A stretch of DNA of 64,000 nt from Adineta vaga (lineage: Eukaryota > Animalia > Rotifera): assembly GCA_021613535.1 (NCBI GenBank), contig CP075497.1, positions 1,922,001-1,986,000 on the forward strand, read 5' to 3'. Position numbers and translations under genes: made by a program. Positions 37,601 to 51,147 of the stretch are shown in pieces (the first letter of the stretch is position 1; each line of letters starts with the position of its first letter). Under the pieces are notes generated by a model. That model worked only from the letters and a program-made list of their open reading frames with translations. It had not been told where the DNA came from and made no database searches.

Positions 37601-39339
37601 TTTCTTCGGAATATCTACCAGAAAAAATGAAATATAAATTAAAAATATGTCTTTCCAATACTCAGGTAAATAAATAACTAAATAGCTTTCTTTCTTTTTT
37701 TCGTTTATTTTATATACGCAAATGAAGAAGAAATCATGAAGTGCATATAATTAATCTGTATTGGCGTTGTTGTTATTGTCATTATCCAGGTGAAAAGACA
37801 AAGTAAACAAAACGTCAGTAATATACAACATGGGTTTTTTTCATCGTAGAAATCAAAATCAAATATATTATTCATTAGTTCGTTTGTTTGTTTTTCCTTA
37901 GACATATTAGACTCATAAGTTAGATATAGATCTATTCTTTGAGTTATTAGAAAATTTGCTATAATTACATGCATGAAGATATTATGAAAGGAAGTCATGC
38001 ATAACACAGTTTGGAATATTTATGTGCAAATATCTTTGCCATCATGTTTATAACAGATAATTACAAATGAGAAATTGATTTATTCAACAGAATGTTTCGA
38101 TGACCTAACTTCCTAATGAGGTTTTCTCTCTCATAAATTGAATGGAGATGAGAAAAAAAAGATTGTGACCTATTTCAAATGTCTATTGTGAGATGTTGTT
38201 ATTCATGTTTTGTCTCTTCCGATTTCATGATATTTTATGTTTTATGTACTTACAGGTAATACGTACATGACTAGATGTACTAGTCAAAAGTCCGCAATTA
38301 TTATACATTCGTTTTCCTTCATAAACAATACGATAGACTTTGTTTATTTGATGATGAACAGAAATAATGATAAGAGTAATATATCATGTATTATTTTTGT
38401 CGTATTTGCAAACAAACTCAAATACAATCTAATAGATGCTTTACAGAAGTTTATACAATTTATTTGTTTATTTACGAAATGATAATATTGTTCATTAATT
38501 AGAAAAATTGAATAATCTGCCTGATAATCTATCTTCCTCTATAATTTAATTCAGTTAGATACACGCAATTGATATCGCCAATAACATTTCATAACATACG
38601 ACGAGTTCAAAAAGTAAATTACTTCCTGTGTCATCTGTTCACCAAAAAGATGACGGATGACACTTATCTCTTTTGTAAATATGAACCTGTTCATTAGAAC
38701 TGACCTATTTTCTCGTAAAAGTAGCATAAATCGAAACGACGTCATAAATGCCTTCATTCACATAGACATGTCGCATGGTGCATTTTCTAATAGATTTTTT
38801 AATCTACTAATGCTCTTTTACTTCAGTCGGCGAACAAAACAAACGAGAAAGTGAAATAATAAAAAGAAAATCTGAAAGATTTTTCTTATCAATAACAATG
38901 TAAAGAAGGGGAGGAAAATGAAAGTTGTTGGCATAGTAACTCTGACTTTATATGATTATTTTTTATTGCTTCAATGCATTCCTTCCATTTATAAAGAGAA
39001 AAATTACTACTAAGGTAAAAATTGTTAGAAAAAAAAGACGATTCACATATATTCTCGTAATTCAAAGCATTTTAATCAAACGAAGATAGACTTCAGTGAT
39101 TTTTCGAATGACATGAAATGAAAATAAAATTTACATGTTTAGCACTATCTAGCATATTTTCGATTTCTATTTAGTTAGACGCAGTAATTTCATCATGTAA
39201 TGAAACTTGAATGTTGAGTCATGTCGCACATTGATACTTTCAACATACAATGATGCAATTCATTTGTAAACTTTCTGATCTCTGATTAAATATATCTATC
39301 TCATTTGAAAACAATACGAAAAACATTTCTGTTGCGATT

Positions 39340-40350
39340 ATGTCAAAATCTGTACTTGAATGTGCCATTTCATCGGATCTATTAACAATAATCTTGACAA
39401 CTTCACCAGTACCTTCTGCACCATTGCCTGATCTAATAAAAAAGACTCTTGCCTCATTACCACAATCGTTATCATCGGTTCCAATTGTCATTACTTTTGA
39501 TAATTTTACTATTGCTTCCAATGAACAAGGTAGATTAAAAAAAGGATCCGTACCTCAAGATTTAGCTGATCGATATCCTGCATATATAAAAAATGTTTGC
39601 GAATTATTCGGTAATATTAATCATTCATCCAATGATCTCGAATGTTCAGTTTTGTCGAACTCAGTTCGTAATGTTACTTTTCTTGTACTGAAAAAACGAA
39701 ATGGATTTGCATTTAGCGTCAAAATAGCTTTGAATTATATCAAAACACCGTATGTTATGATTCTACAACATGATTGGTTATTTACTATCCATCCACCGAT
39801 GTCTCATCTATTGTCGATATTACAAACTGAAAATGAAGTTAAATATATAAGTTTTGTTGCACGTATGTCATTGAATTATGAAACGAGTAGAGGTCATTCT
39901 CATCATTATTATCGTCATATATTCTCGGAAGCTCGAAATCTTCGAGTAGATCGTCTTCTTTCCAATGATCTTATTGCTTGTTTACATTGGTTTGATCGAC
40001 CACATCTATGTTCAGTTGAAACATATCGTCAAATCTTTAATTTATCGATTGTAAAACGCGGAGATTTTCTTGAAGATACATTTGGTATAGACTATATTAA
40101 GAATATCTCAAATGCATCAACAAAACAAATCGCTTTTTATGAATGGCAAAAGTGGGGTGCATGGTTATATTATCCTGATGATGGAAAGATTCTTACTGTT
40201 TGTCATCAACATGGCCGAAAGAATCTATTAGGCGAAAGACAAGAAAAAAAAATTAGTAAACAGATTAAATCAAATCTTGGGAAACGTGTTACTGTTGAGA
40301 ATTGTGAAGAGAATGATGTGTATGAGGAATTGTATTTTAATTTTGAGTAG
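39340..40350 (+). CDS. Intronless putative GT-A-fold (nucleotide-diphospho-sugar transferase-like) protein; HGT candidate
   Basis: TIILTTSPVPSAP, IVITFD, GFAFSVKIAL..IKTPYVMILQHDW (GT2-like TPYvlxxxxD strand), WFDRPHL, late HxHGR. Confidence 0.62.
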   Translation: MSKSVLECAISSDLLTIILTTSPVPSAPLPDLIKKTLASLPQSLSSVPIVITFDNFTIASNEQGRLKKGSVPQDLADRYPAYIKNVCELFGNINHSSNDLECSVLSNSVRNVTFLVLKKRNGFAFSVKIALNYIKTPYVMILQHDWLFTIHPPMSHLLSILQTENEVKYISFVARMSLNYETSRGHSHHYYRHIFSEARNLRVDRLLSNDLIACLHWFDRPHLCSVETYRQIFNLSIVKRGDFLEDTFGIDYIKNISNASTKQIAFYEWQKWGAWLYYPDDGKILTVCHQHGRKNLLGERQEKKISKQIKSNLGKRVTVENCEENDVYEELYFNFE

Positions 40351-40660
40351 CAAAACGAAATGTGTCTTATATATATATATATATATTCGATAGTAACAAA
40401 AAATCTTATTGTTTATACTTTCAAACATGATTTTGTCAGGGATGAAAAGAAAAAGCATGACGAATCAAACGTTTTTATATTAATGAGAAAAGAAAAAGTA
40501 TACAAAAACCATTCGGCAACGCTCATTTTCTTCCTTACCTGACAAATAATAATCAATATTATATTTTCATTTATCTTTCACTCACATGTTTTCATTCGTT
40601 ATTTGAGGTAAGAAAAAGCAAAGTGAATATCTTCCGACGAGAAAAAAAGAAGAAGAAATA

Positions 40661-41660
40661 ATGATCAGTAAACTAGAAGATCTTCCTAATGAAATTCTTA
40701 CAAATATAATGGAATATATCTCATCTCCAAATGAAATTTATCGAGCATTTGCTGGACAAAATCATCGTTTTGATTCTATTCTTCAATATGTTCATTTAAG
40801 TATTGATTTCTTTCATGAAAATCAACAAAATTTATTATCACTTCGATATTTTTCAAGTTATTGTAATCGTTTATGTTTATATAATATTTGTCCATCAATA
40901 TCATTGATTCGTTTTCCTCGATTACATTCATTAACGATCATTGAACCAACTGAATCACAAATCAATTCAATTCGATCATCTGCATTACCAATGTTAAAAT
41001 ATCTTGTTGCTCCTCCAACATCGGTAAATTTTATTTCAAATTTGAAATTCAATCTTTTTATTATTTAACCTTTAGATGATTTGCGATTGTTTATTTGGTA
41101 ATGAAAAACAACGTTGGCAATATCTTCATTCCTGTTCTTTTCTCTTTTCTCCGCTTCCAAATTTGAAGAATTCTTGGAAACCAAATTACAATCTTTTGAA
41201 ATTATCCGGAATTACTTGTTCACGAATAAAACTTTCTCAACTTTTATTACTCGTTCCTTCTCTTCAATATTTACATTTTGAATTTCTTTTTGATGATTCG
41301 ACCTGGAAACTACCATTAAATGTAAATCATCTCATTTCATTACGAATTCGATTTCCTATTTTAAATTACAATGATCTCTCAGCATTACTTGGCTCAAATT
41401 TACGTTATTTATATTTGGATATTTCTTCGATCGATGATCCGATTGATTTTGTTCATATAGGAAGTTTAATCGAATCCAATTCATCGAAATTAAAACAATT
41501 CAATTGTGATTATCAAGGAAATGATCTAAATATGGAAGAGATTCGAATTGCACATACAATTTTCAAAAATATAATTTCATTAGAATCGGATGTAGATGAA
41601 CCAATCAGATTAATTTGTAAAAATATCGAACATTCTAAAAAGAAAAAACGTTCAAAATGA
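40661..41660 (+). CDS. Short F-box-like/LRR protein (paralog 1); 2 exons
   Basis: KLEDLPNEILTNIMEYISSP; intron 41024-41075; FNCDY motif; colinear with 46607..47588. Confidence 0.8.
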
Positions 41661-42273
41661 AATTAATAAATCTTCGAACTAATTTCTTTCTTTTAATAGT
41701 AAAATAATCAAAACAACAATACAATCATTAACCTCGTGAAAAGAAGATTGATTTTTTTCTCTCAACTGTCTGCATCAATCATGTTAAAAAACTGATAATC
41801 ACATTGAAAACAATTCATCAGATAATCATGATCATTAATCTTCTATTTTATATGTCTTTAGTAAAGAATATCAATCATATCTTTAAAAAAATCTCTACAG
41901 ACATAATGATCCTTTCATATCTTGTAAACAAACAATGGAGAGTTAATAAGTCGATGTGTGTGTGTTATCAAACGTTAAGAATAAACATTTATTTCTGATA
42001 AGTATTTGTTATTCTAAAAAAGAATAAAGTCGAAAATATCGTTTATGATGATTATTTAGGACAATTTTCTATCGTATGTTTATTCATATTAATCTCATAT
42101 ATCTTTTCTATACAGATGATAGTTGATCAAACTTATCCAACTGTGTAATTTTCTTAATCTATCTCTTATTTCTTTTTCGCAGATGTTTTCACTAGCATAC
42201 GGCATTTTGTCCTCATTAGTAACTCTCTAAATCCAACAGAAAGTGCATTTTAACCTTCGATTGTATTATTATA

Positions 42274-44732
42274 ATGGACTTTTTCTCTCAACGATGTTCT
42301 ACGTGTCATCCATCAAAATCCAAATTAAAACGCGTAAAATTTCTGTTAAGTTTTGTCTCGACATTTCTTTATCTTTCTATAGTGTGGATGTATATTTGGA
42401 TTGATTTTATTAAATCTCATTGCGATATACATTGTCAGTAGTCTTATTGCTTATATATCGATTCATGGTTTTCATCGTAATCATACGGTACAAATAGCGA
42501 AAATATGGAATGAAAGTGATTATCAATCGAATAGTGAATATTATAATGAACTGAAAGAGATTCGAAATTTTCATCAAATGGATAATTTACGTTTGGATCG
42601 TCTTCGTTCTCCTCGATTCCATCCAATGAATGGAGAAAGTGTAATTTATCTTCGAAAACAATATCATATGCCAGATTTAAAAGGATCAACTACGACATTA
42701 CATTGGATTGATTTAAAAACGAATAAAACAATTCAATTAACACGACCTATTTGGGGTATTCATGATCAACAAGTAAGATCTTTCTCTCGTTTGAATATAT
42801 TCGCATTGAAATTTATCAATTAGTTGTTTTGGATCGATGCGAAGACGATTCTTTTTCTTTCAAATCGAGCATCATCACGTTTAACACAAGTATTTCAATT
42901 GAATTTACCAGATGATCTATCGATTGTTAAGAATTTTCTTGAACCAATACAAATCAGTAATTATTCACTTCATATAGGTGATCTTTTAATCAATCGACAA
43001 GCAACACGATTAGTATTTGGTTGTGAAGTTTATCCGAATTCATCTATTCGTGAAACATCATATTATCAATCGATTAAACAAGAAGAAAAGAATCCGGTTT
43101 ATAAATTTGATAAATTATTTGTTCGTCATTGGGATGAATTCAGACTTGGTCTACGTCGTCATCCATTTCTTGTTTCAATTCAAAGAAATTCCATGGGAAT
43201 ATTCGAATTTCTATCAAAACCACACGATATTCTTTTTGGTATTGATAGTGATGCACCAACAAAACCATTCGGAAGTGCACGAAATCAATGGTCATTTAGT
43301 GCAAGTGGCAATTCGTTTGCTTATACAAGACAACATGATGAAACAAGTGCAGTGGCATGGTCAACGAATTTAGATATTTATACAGTTGATTTAACAGCAA
43401 CAAAGTTGATTAGTGTTTGTATTACATGCGATAATTTCGCTGCTGATACTGATCCAAAATATTCACCGATTGATGAACATGTCTTAGTTTATCGATCACA
43501 ATCGATTTCTGGTTATGAATCGGATCAGTATAAAATTAAATTGATTAATGGTGATTCTTTGATTTCGTTTGTTTTTTTTGTTGTTGCTATTTCGTTTGAT
43601 TCATTTAGGTTCAAATCCTCGAGTAGTTCTGATGAATAATTGGGATCGTAGTATCGGTGGTATGACCTGGTCAAACGATGGTCAATCACTTTTTCTCGAA
43701 TTAGGCGAACAAGCACGTCATGTTATTTATAAACTATCATATTTTACATCTTCTACACATAATCCAATTCGTCTTTTAAGTGTTGGTTCTTCAAATGATA
43801 TCAATCTTCATCCATTTAAAGACGATGTATTTCTATTTTCTCATCGAAGTATCACACAACCATTGAATATCTATGTCTATACACCTTCATCGATTCGACC
43901 ATTGACGGATCATAATACAAATCTTTTATCCAAAGTTCGACTTACAACAATTGCTGAATCTTTTTCGTTTATCGGTGCAAGAAATGATACTGTCTGGGGT
44001 TGGCATGTTCTACCGATGAATGATACAAATGAAAAAATTCCAGTTATTTTTTATATTCATGGTGGTCCACAAATAAGTTCCTATGATTCATGGAGTTATA
44101 ATTGGAATTTTCAATCATTTTCAGCCGAAGGTTACGCTGTGATTGCAATTAATTTTCATGGTTCTGATTCGTATGGACAAAACTTTACGAATAGTGTGAC
44201 AGGTGAATATGGGACGTTACCTTATGAAGATTTACAATTAGGATTAACTGCTGCTTTAAAACATTATCATTATCTTGATGAAAATCGAGTAGTAGCTATT
44301 GGTGGAAGTTATGGTGGATATATGGTTAATTGGATAGCAGGTCATCCGGAAATGAGTCGACGTTTTCGAACATTTATATCTCAAGCAGGTGTTTTTGATC
44401 TAAGACATTTAGCATATACAACTGATGAATTATGGTTTTCTGAACATGATTCCGGTGGTTTTACTCCATATGATAATCTTGCTAAATATGAAAGAGATAA
44501 TCCAATAAAATATGTTTCTCAATGGACACAACCGATGTTAATTATTCATGGTGGACGAGATTATCGTATTCCAGATACACAAAGTATTGGCGCATTTACT
44601 GCTTTACAACGACGTGGTATACCAAGTCGTTTACTACTGTTTCCTGTTGAAGGTCATGCAATTATTAATCCATTTAATTCACTTTATCTACAAAAAGAAG
44701 TTTTTTCTTGGATTAAAAAATGGATTGCGTAG
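42274..44732 (+). CDS. S9 family serine peptidase, dipeptidyl-peptidase 5 (DPP5/DppV)-like, with N-terminal membrane anchor; 4 exons; HGT candidate
   Basis: LFVRHWD, IHGGPQ, AINFHGSDSYGQNFT, catalytic GGSYGGYM, HGGRDYRIP (Asp), FPVEGH (His). Exon 1 MDFFSQRCSTCHPSKSKLKR joins CGCIFGLILLNLIAIYIVSSLIAYI. Confidence 0.9.
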
Positions 44733-44907
44733 ACAATGATGGAAACGTTTCTGTACATAATTAAATATTGATTTTCTCCTTTCATTTATCATTTTATGTC
44801 TTTTTTTGAGTTTTCCGTTGAAAATGTCATAGTCTTGTATAATAGGTTCTAGTTTATTATTAAATTTAGAGGTAAAAAAAAGAAAGAAATTTATTTATCA
44901 AAATATC

Positions 44908-46173
44908 TTATGATTGATTTAACCAATTTTCTGCATAATCACGAAATAATGGTCTTGATGTATATAATTCTCCTGTTTCACGATATTTATGCATCATTTG
45001 ATAAATATCAGTGACGGTCTTCTTCTTCTTTTCCAATCTTTCTAATAAATCTTTTAAATCCATTGCTAAGCTCTCATCATGATATGCCGAATAATCCAGT
45101 CTTTGAACTTGTTTACCAAGAATCATTGCTGCACATAATTGTTGTAAAAATTTAAATGTTAAATCGCCACCAAACACTCCACAACCCCAATTTCCGGTTG
45201 AAATAATCGAATCTTTCGATTTCATAAATCCTGCCCAAGCTTTACCTAAATCTCGATCGATGTTTTCCTCTGTAAATTGTCCGGAATAACACGCATCAAT
45301 AACAAGAATATCTTGAATATGACCTGAATTTTGATAATGACCATGATAATTAAACGTATCCGCATAACCTGTATACTCAATAAATCGTTTACATCCACGA
45401 AGAATCACAATTTCATCATCGAGTAATGTTTCACAAACAAGAATTGAAATGAATGCTTCTGGACAACAACTAACTGAAAGGAAAATAATGAAAGAAAACT
45501 AACGAGTAAGTAACTTTGACTTACATAGAACTTCTTCTTGTGTTGCTGATGGAATAATTCGATGAATATGAATATGTTTATTTGCAAAATCTACAAAACC
45601 ATCAGCTTCAGTTGAATCTTCCATTCGATCAGTTGAAATATGTATCTTTGAGGATTCAATTAGAAGATCTTGTTCATTCCAATTCGGTAATTCATTTCGA
45701 TAAAAATATCGTTCAATTGAAATTTCACGATTTGGATCATTTTCTTGTGATGATAAACGGAAATATTCAATTAAACATCGAATTCTTGCCATAGATAAGT
45801 CTTTATCGAAGGAATTATACAAACGACTCAAATCAATATTTCCATATCCTGCCGTTGTATTAAGAAAAAATGCATTGGCAAGGATATAACGTACTTGTGC
45901 TGCTGTATAGACAATCGTACGTGTTGAACCTGCTTCAAGTGGTTCGACTGATTTTGCTTGAGTATGATCACCTGCCCATTCGGCGATTTTCGGAAGAAGT
46001 TCTTTGTAAAAATTAAAATCTAATTGATCAATTGTTTGTTGAAGTCGAGGGAAATTTCGAGATTCTTTTCCATGAGTGGAAAGAAGATTGATCAATAATT
46101 GATTATTATTACCTTCTTCAGATATTGCAAATAATCGATGTGGATCAGCGATAAATGTTGTGTTAAGCGACAT
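44908..46173 (-). CDS. PARG: Poly(ADP-ribose) glycohydrolase, compact catalytic-domain form; 2 exons
   Basis: ILANAFF, RIRCLIEYF, VDFANKHIHIHRIIPSATQEEVLFSCCPE, RFIEYTGY..TF, IDA, IDRDLGKAWAGF, STGNWGCGVFGGD..KFLQQ. Confidence 0.9.
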
Positions 46174-46606
46174 AAAAATATGTTCTTAAGCAAAATGGTA
46201 AAATAATGACTATTTATATACTGACTGAGTGAGTCATCTAGATATAAAAAGAACGGAGTAAGCAGTGAGTAAGAAGATTTCCACGTCAACGTATCAAATG
46301 AAAAATGTTCGGAAGCACACAATGCAATCTAAATAATTCTATAGAATGATTGCCTATTCAATGCGTAGAATTTCAAAATATCTATTGAAATTACAGTATC
46401 GAATTGATTGGCTAGTTTAAAATGACCTTGATTGACTTTGCGTCAAAGATAATTGCCAATTGGAAAGACAACTAATTTTCTTATCATAGTTCATCTATTT
46501 ATTGATTGGAATAAATGAATTATTCTCTATATAAAACTATCTCTTCCTAATGAATTTGTCATTTTAAAACTTGAGAGAAAAGTTGGATCAATTTTTCTGA
46601 AAGACG

Positions 46607-47588
46607 ATGATGATAACTCGATTAGAAAACCTTCCGAATGAAATTTTTTTGATTATTATGGAATATATCTCATCTCCAGTTGATGTTTATCAATGTTTTA
46701 ATCAACAAAATCAACGTATTCAATATCTTCTGAAAGATTTTCATTATAGTATTGATATTTTCTGGGAAAAAGAACAATATTTTCATTTAACTAATTCTTT
46801 TGCAAACAATTATTATCGTTTACGAATATTTAACATTTGTCCACGAATAACATTACATCATTTCTCGAACTTACGTTCCTTAACAATGACACAACCAAAT
46901 AATACACAAATTCATTCAGTTCAACCGATTACCTTTCCATTCTTAGAATATTTAGCTACTCCTGCAACACTCGTAAGTCAGTTCTCATAAATATTTCCTC
47001 GAAATGTCTATTTCTCTTTATTTAAAGGATATTTTTAATAATTTATTCGGTGATTCTCAACATCGATGGGCTTTTCTTTATTCCTGTAATTTCTTTACAC
47101 ATATTCCAACTCCACAATTAAATTGGACATTCAACAATTCAATTCTCATTTTATCAGGGATTACCTGCTCAAGAAAGATACTTAGTCAACTTCTTTATCT
47201 AGTTCCTTGTTTAAAATATTTACGTGTAGATATGATTACTAATGATCAATCAAAATGGATTATACCTTTAACTATTGAACATCTTCTTTCATTAAGAATT
47301 AGTTTTTATCGTCTAATTTATGAAGATTTGATGATTTTAATTGGACGAAATCTTTCACATTTATATTTAGAAGTTTATGATGATCATATTCCAATTGAAT
47401 TCTCATCTCTCGGTATTTTATTTATGTCCATAGGACACAAATTGAAAAAATTCAATTGTGATTATCGAGGATATGATGTTGATTTAGAAGAAATTCAATC
47501 TTCACATTTGTTCTTTCGAAATATTCAATTAATTCCTTCATTATCAACTGATATGATCAAACTATTCTTAAAAAATATCGATTTATAA
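46607..47588 (+). CDS. Short F-box-like/LRR protein (paralog 2); 2 exons
   Basis: RLENLPNEIFLIIMEYISSP; same intron position and shared LSGITCSR..LSQLL and KLKKFNCDY motifs as 40661..41660. Confidence 0.8.
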
Positions 47589-47638
47589 GTTTTTCTTGTT
47601 TTTAACTGTTCAATAAAGTCTTTGTTCTTATCACTTGC

Positions 47639-49042
47639 TCAAGATTTTGTTTGCATTCGATGAACTATCGACTTAGAACGATATTTTTGTGAAATTGATC
47701 GACGATAACGACGAGTTGGTAGATTCACACCTGGAGTTAAATCAATCAATCGAGAATTTGTTGAAATAAAAGTTGGAATTTCATTTGGAATGATCGATGA
47801 AGTATTCAAAGAGAGTTGTTTGAAAAATTTCGATTCTCGAAGTGGAAATACCGAACCATTTGTTCGATAACTATCAAATATTTCAATAACAATCTCTATC
47901 GAATAAATCTTAAGAGAAAACTTTGAAAATCAAATAAAATTCATACGAATCGCTTCATTTAAACATATTGGAATGACTTTTTCTAATGCTTTATTCGTCA
48001 TATCCAGCGTTGGTCCACTATTAATCTCCAATAACCAACATTTAAGGTTTTCATCGATTAAAATATCGACACCATAATAACCAAAACATCCTTCCTGGCT
48101 AATCAATTGATTTCTCACCGAATACGCCACTTGATAGAGAATATTCGTTATTTCTTTCTTTAAACAAAAAAGAAGCCTAGAAAACTTCATTTCTTTCTTT
48201 CGATTTTCAATTCTTACAGGTAATTGACGAATGACCCAATCTTTATCGATATTCATCATATTTGGTTGAATAAATTCATTGAAATAATCATTAAATTCTT
48301 CCATTGTCATTCCAGTTGAATCTTTTTTCATGGCAAATTTTTCATCTTTATTCTGAATTGTTTGATTGGTTAAATGAATAAATTTATTTAAATTATCTAA
48401 ATTAAATTCATACATTGATAAACGAAGATAACCCGTTTGACAAGCGAAATATAAAATCTCATTGGATAAACAAATACAAAGAAAATATGTTCGAATATCG
48501 AATTTTTGTTGATTGATTAGTAAAGGATTGGAAATGTATTTTTGAACGAGACGATTGGAATACATCGTTGAGTAATGTTTATTTTGATGATATTCTTTGA
48601 GAAGATTTTCAAGTTGTTCTTCCGAACGGAAAAGAAAGATTTCTTTACCACAGGAAAGTCCAACTGGTTTACAAATCCATAATGAATTGTTTTGAAAAAC
48701 TTTTCGAAAATTTATTCGATCAATTGGATTATCTAATAAATATGTTTGAGGAAGAAAAGTTTTCAAAACGTTTTTCTCTTTAAAACAATTTCGAAGATTT
48801 TGAAATAATAAACTTTTATTTGAAAGTTGATTTTCATTATAAATATGATTGAGAATTTGAAAATTTCCATCAAATCTTGTCCAATTAATGTCACTATGAC
48901 GTGTTATCCAATTGAATTTTACACCACCGACAGGAAGAACATCATATCGATGATATTCAAGTTTATCTAATTGTTCTCGAACAAGTTCAGTATTATTTTT
49001 ACCAAAAACATAATAACCATTAATTTTTGATTTATTATACAT
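47639..49042 (-). CDS. TTLL10: Tubulin-tyrosine-ligase-like protein, TTLL10 (polyglycylase)-like; start uncertain
   Basis: WICKPVGLSCGKEIFL, VQKYISNPLLI..KFDIR, GYLRL, HLTNQTIQNK..KKDSTGMTME, KDWV, GVDILIDENLKCWLLEINSGP..LEKVIP. TTL family is secure; the subfamily call is from motif recall. Confidence 0.78.
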
Positions 49043-49304
49043 CGATTTTCGAGAAGAAAAAAAAACAAGAGAAAATTTTCTTCTTAGATACCGATTGATG
49101 GAATTCACAAATATTTTTCAAGCAAAAATAAATGAATAGAAATTGAATCGTTTTCGACTCACTCCGTTACAGGTAATATTTTATTACCCATTGGTTTCTA
49201 TTACAAACAGGCTATTATCACAAATGGATTATATGAGTTTCTCCATTTAAGCCCCTGAGGGTCTGTGTCGGAAAGCTTTTCTACGATTGAAAACAATCCT
49301 TGAA

Positions 49305-49580
49305 CTACGTTCTATTAGAAACTTCGAACTGATTGAGATCGATTCGATAACATTTGTCATATGAGTTCAATGAAAGATTTGGCGATGAGAAACTTGAATA
49401 AATATCGTTCATAACACGTTGTCTTTCTGCAATCTGCTGTTTAATCTTTGTTTTTTGACGAATATAAAAACAAATCAATACAAAAGTCAAAAAAATAATG
49501 ATTATATTTGGTAGAAGTGTAACAATATGTTCATTTGGCAATGGTATAATAACATGTTCAACTTGCTTTTCTGTTATCAT
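49305..49580 (-). CDS. Small single-TM ORF
   Basis: LLPNIIIIFLTFVLICFYI followed by a basic RQKTKIK stretch; no recognisable homolog. Confidence 0.4.
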   Translation of the reverse strand: MITEKQVEHVIIPLPNEHIVTLLPNIIIIFLTFVLICFYIRQKTKIKQQIAERQRVMNDIYSSFSSPNLSLNSYDKCYRIDLNQFEVSNRT

Positions 49581-50758
49581 GAGTAATACATGAGATATTC
49601 ATCTAAGCTATTTAGATATGAATAGAACTAATTCGAGGATTAATGAAAACAAAAAAGGAAAGATTAGGATTAAAAGAAATTCTAATATCTTTGTAAGATA
49701 GTAAAAGAAATTACAAACGATCATGCGCCTTTAATATGAATTCAAAATATATTTCTTTTGAAGTTATCTGTTTTCGTAGAATTTATATAAGAATGATTTA
49801 ACTTTTGAGAAGTATATTTTTAGATGAGAAAATAAATTAACATCTAAGCATCATTGCCAAAAGTTTGATTCTCTTTTGGCACTTTTTCTATTCAAATATT
49901 CTTTTGTCTCTGAAAAGTCGAGTGTGCTTGTCTATTTTTCCGTTTTTTTCCCTTTATAATGATTCTTTTTTTATCAAAAATTTATCGTTTTGACTAAATT
50001 TTTTTCGGCATCATCGTTGTTTTGTTTTTTCATCTAATTTCACCCCGAATCATCACAGCTAATTAGTACAAAGAGAAGTTTCTTCTTCCTTACGATGTTG
50101 TTAATGCATTTTTTCTTTTCCAAGTTCTGTTTACGTCATCTTGAAATATTTCATAATTACTTTTTTAAGTATCACTATCAAATCTTTTCTTTTCCATGTA
50201 ATACTTCAATAACAATCCGAATTTATCAACAAAAAAATTTACTTACCTTTTTTTTTTTCAAATATGTTTTTTGAACATCGTATGTAAAGTAATTTTCAAT
50301 GAAAGTTTAGCTAAATCAGTGATAATCACGATATTGTCTTAGAAAGACATAATCTTTCTTCACATGATAACGTTTTTCCTAGTTCTTCCGGTAAAATACA
50401 GATCAAGTAAGATAATCAATAATATGTTACGAGTAGGTTTATCAGGCTATCTGAAAATCACTAACGATGTCACGAGAATAAACAAAACATGGATTTTTTT
50501 CAGTTGATTTATTTCAAGGAATCGTTATTTGTGCACTTTTTGTTAAGTTAGAATGAAATGACTGAAAATGAGTTTATTTGAATAGTTGATAATTATTTCC
50601 AAGAAAAGGTCTCTTCATTTCTATAAGATTAGAAAACTTTTTATATAAAAAAAATCTTTCGATTTGACTAATTTTCAATCGAGAAGATTCCCATTCATAA
50701 ATATATAACTGTGTATGTTTTTTTTCCAACAGTACGTGAAAATAACTAGTATTATTAG

Positions 50759-51147
50759 CAGGCACGTAGCCAGAAAATTGTTTTTCGGGGGGAGATTGAC
50801 TATAGCGATAGTTTGAGAGCCGAAAAATGCTAACAACATCGATATCTTTTTGAAAATCTTACGAAAAAATTTTAAAATATTCAAGACTATTTAGGGAATT
50901 TTCAGAGATTTTCGAAAAATTTTTACATTTTTAAGCATTTTTTTCGAAATTTTGTGAAAAAGGTGTTTTGGAAGGTTCCCGAAAACATTTTGACAACTCG
51001 AAGAATACTTCCAAACTTTAAAACAAAATATTATTTCACTTGACAGAAAAAAAACTTTTGGTCTATGCTACTCTACAGAGGTCTAATCTATTGATCTAGG
51101 GGAGGGGGGGATCGATTCCCTCAACCCCCCCCTTAAATACGTCCCTG
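50759..51147. mobile_element. 389-bp non-autonomous hAT-type DNA transposon (MITE)
   Basis: 5' end CAGGCACGTA; 3' end TACGTCCCTG (reverse complement CAGGGACGTA, 9/10 match). Flanking 8-bp direct repeat attattag (50751-50758) / attattaa (51148-51155). Subterminal G-run/C-run hairpin. Confidence 0.85.

Noticed and set aside
37705-39300. Short ORFs between the ankyrin and GT-like genes
   Set aside because: AT-rich intergenic composition with no recognisable domains.
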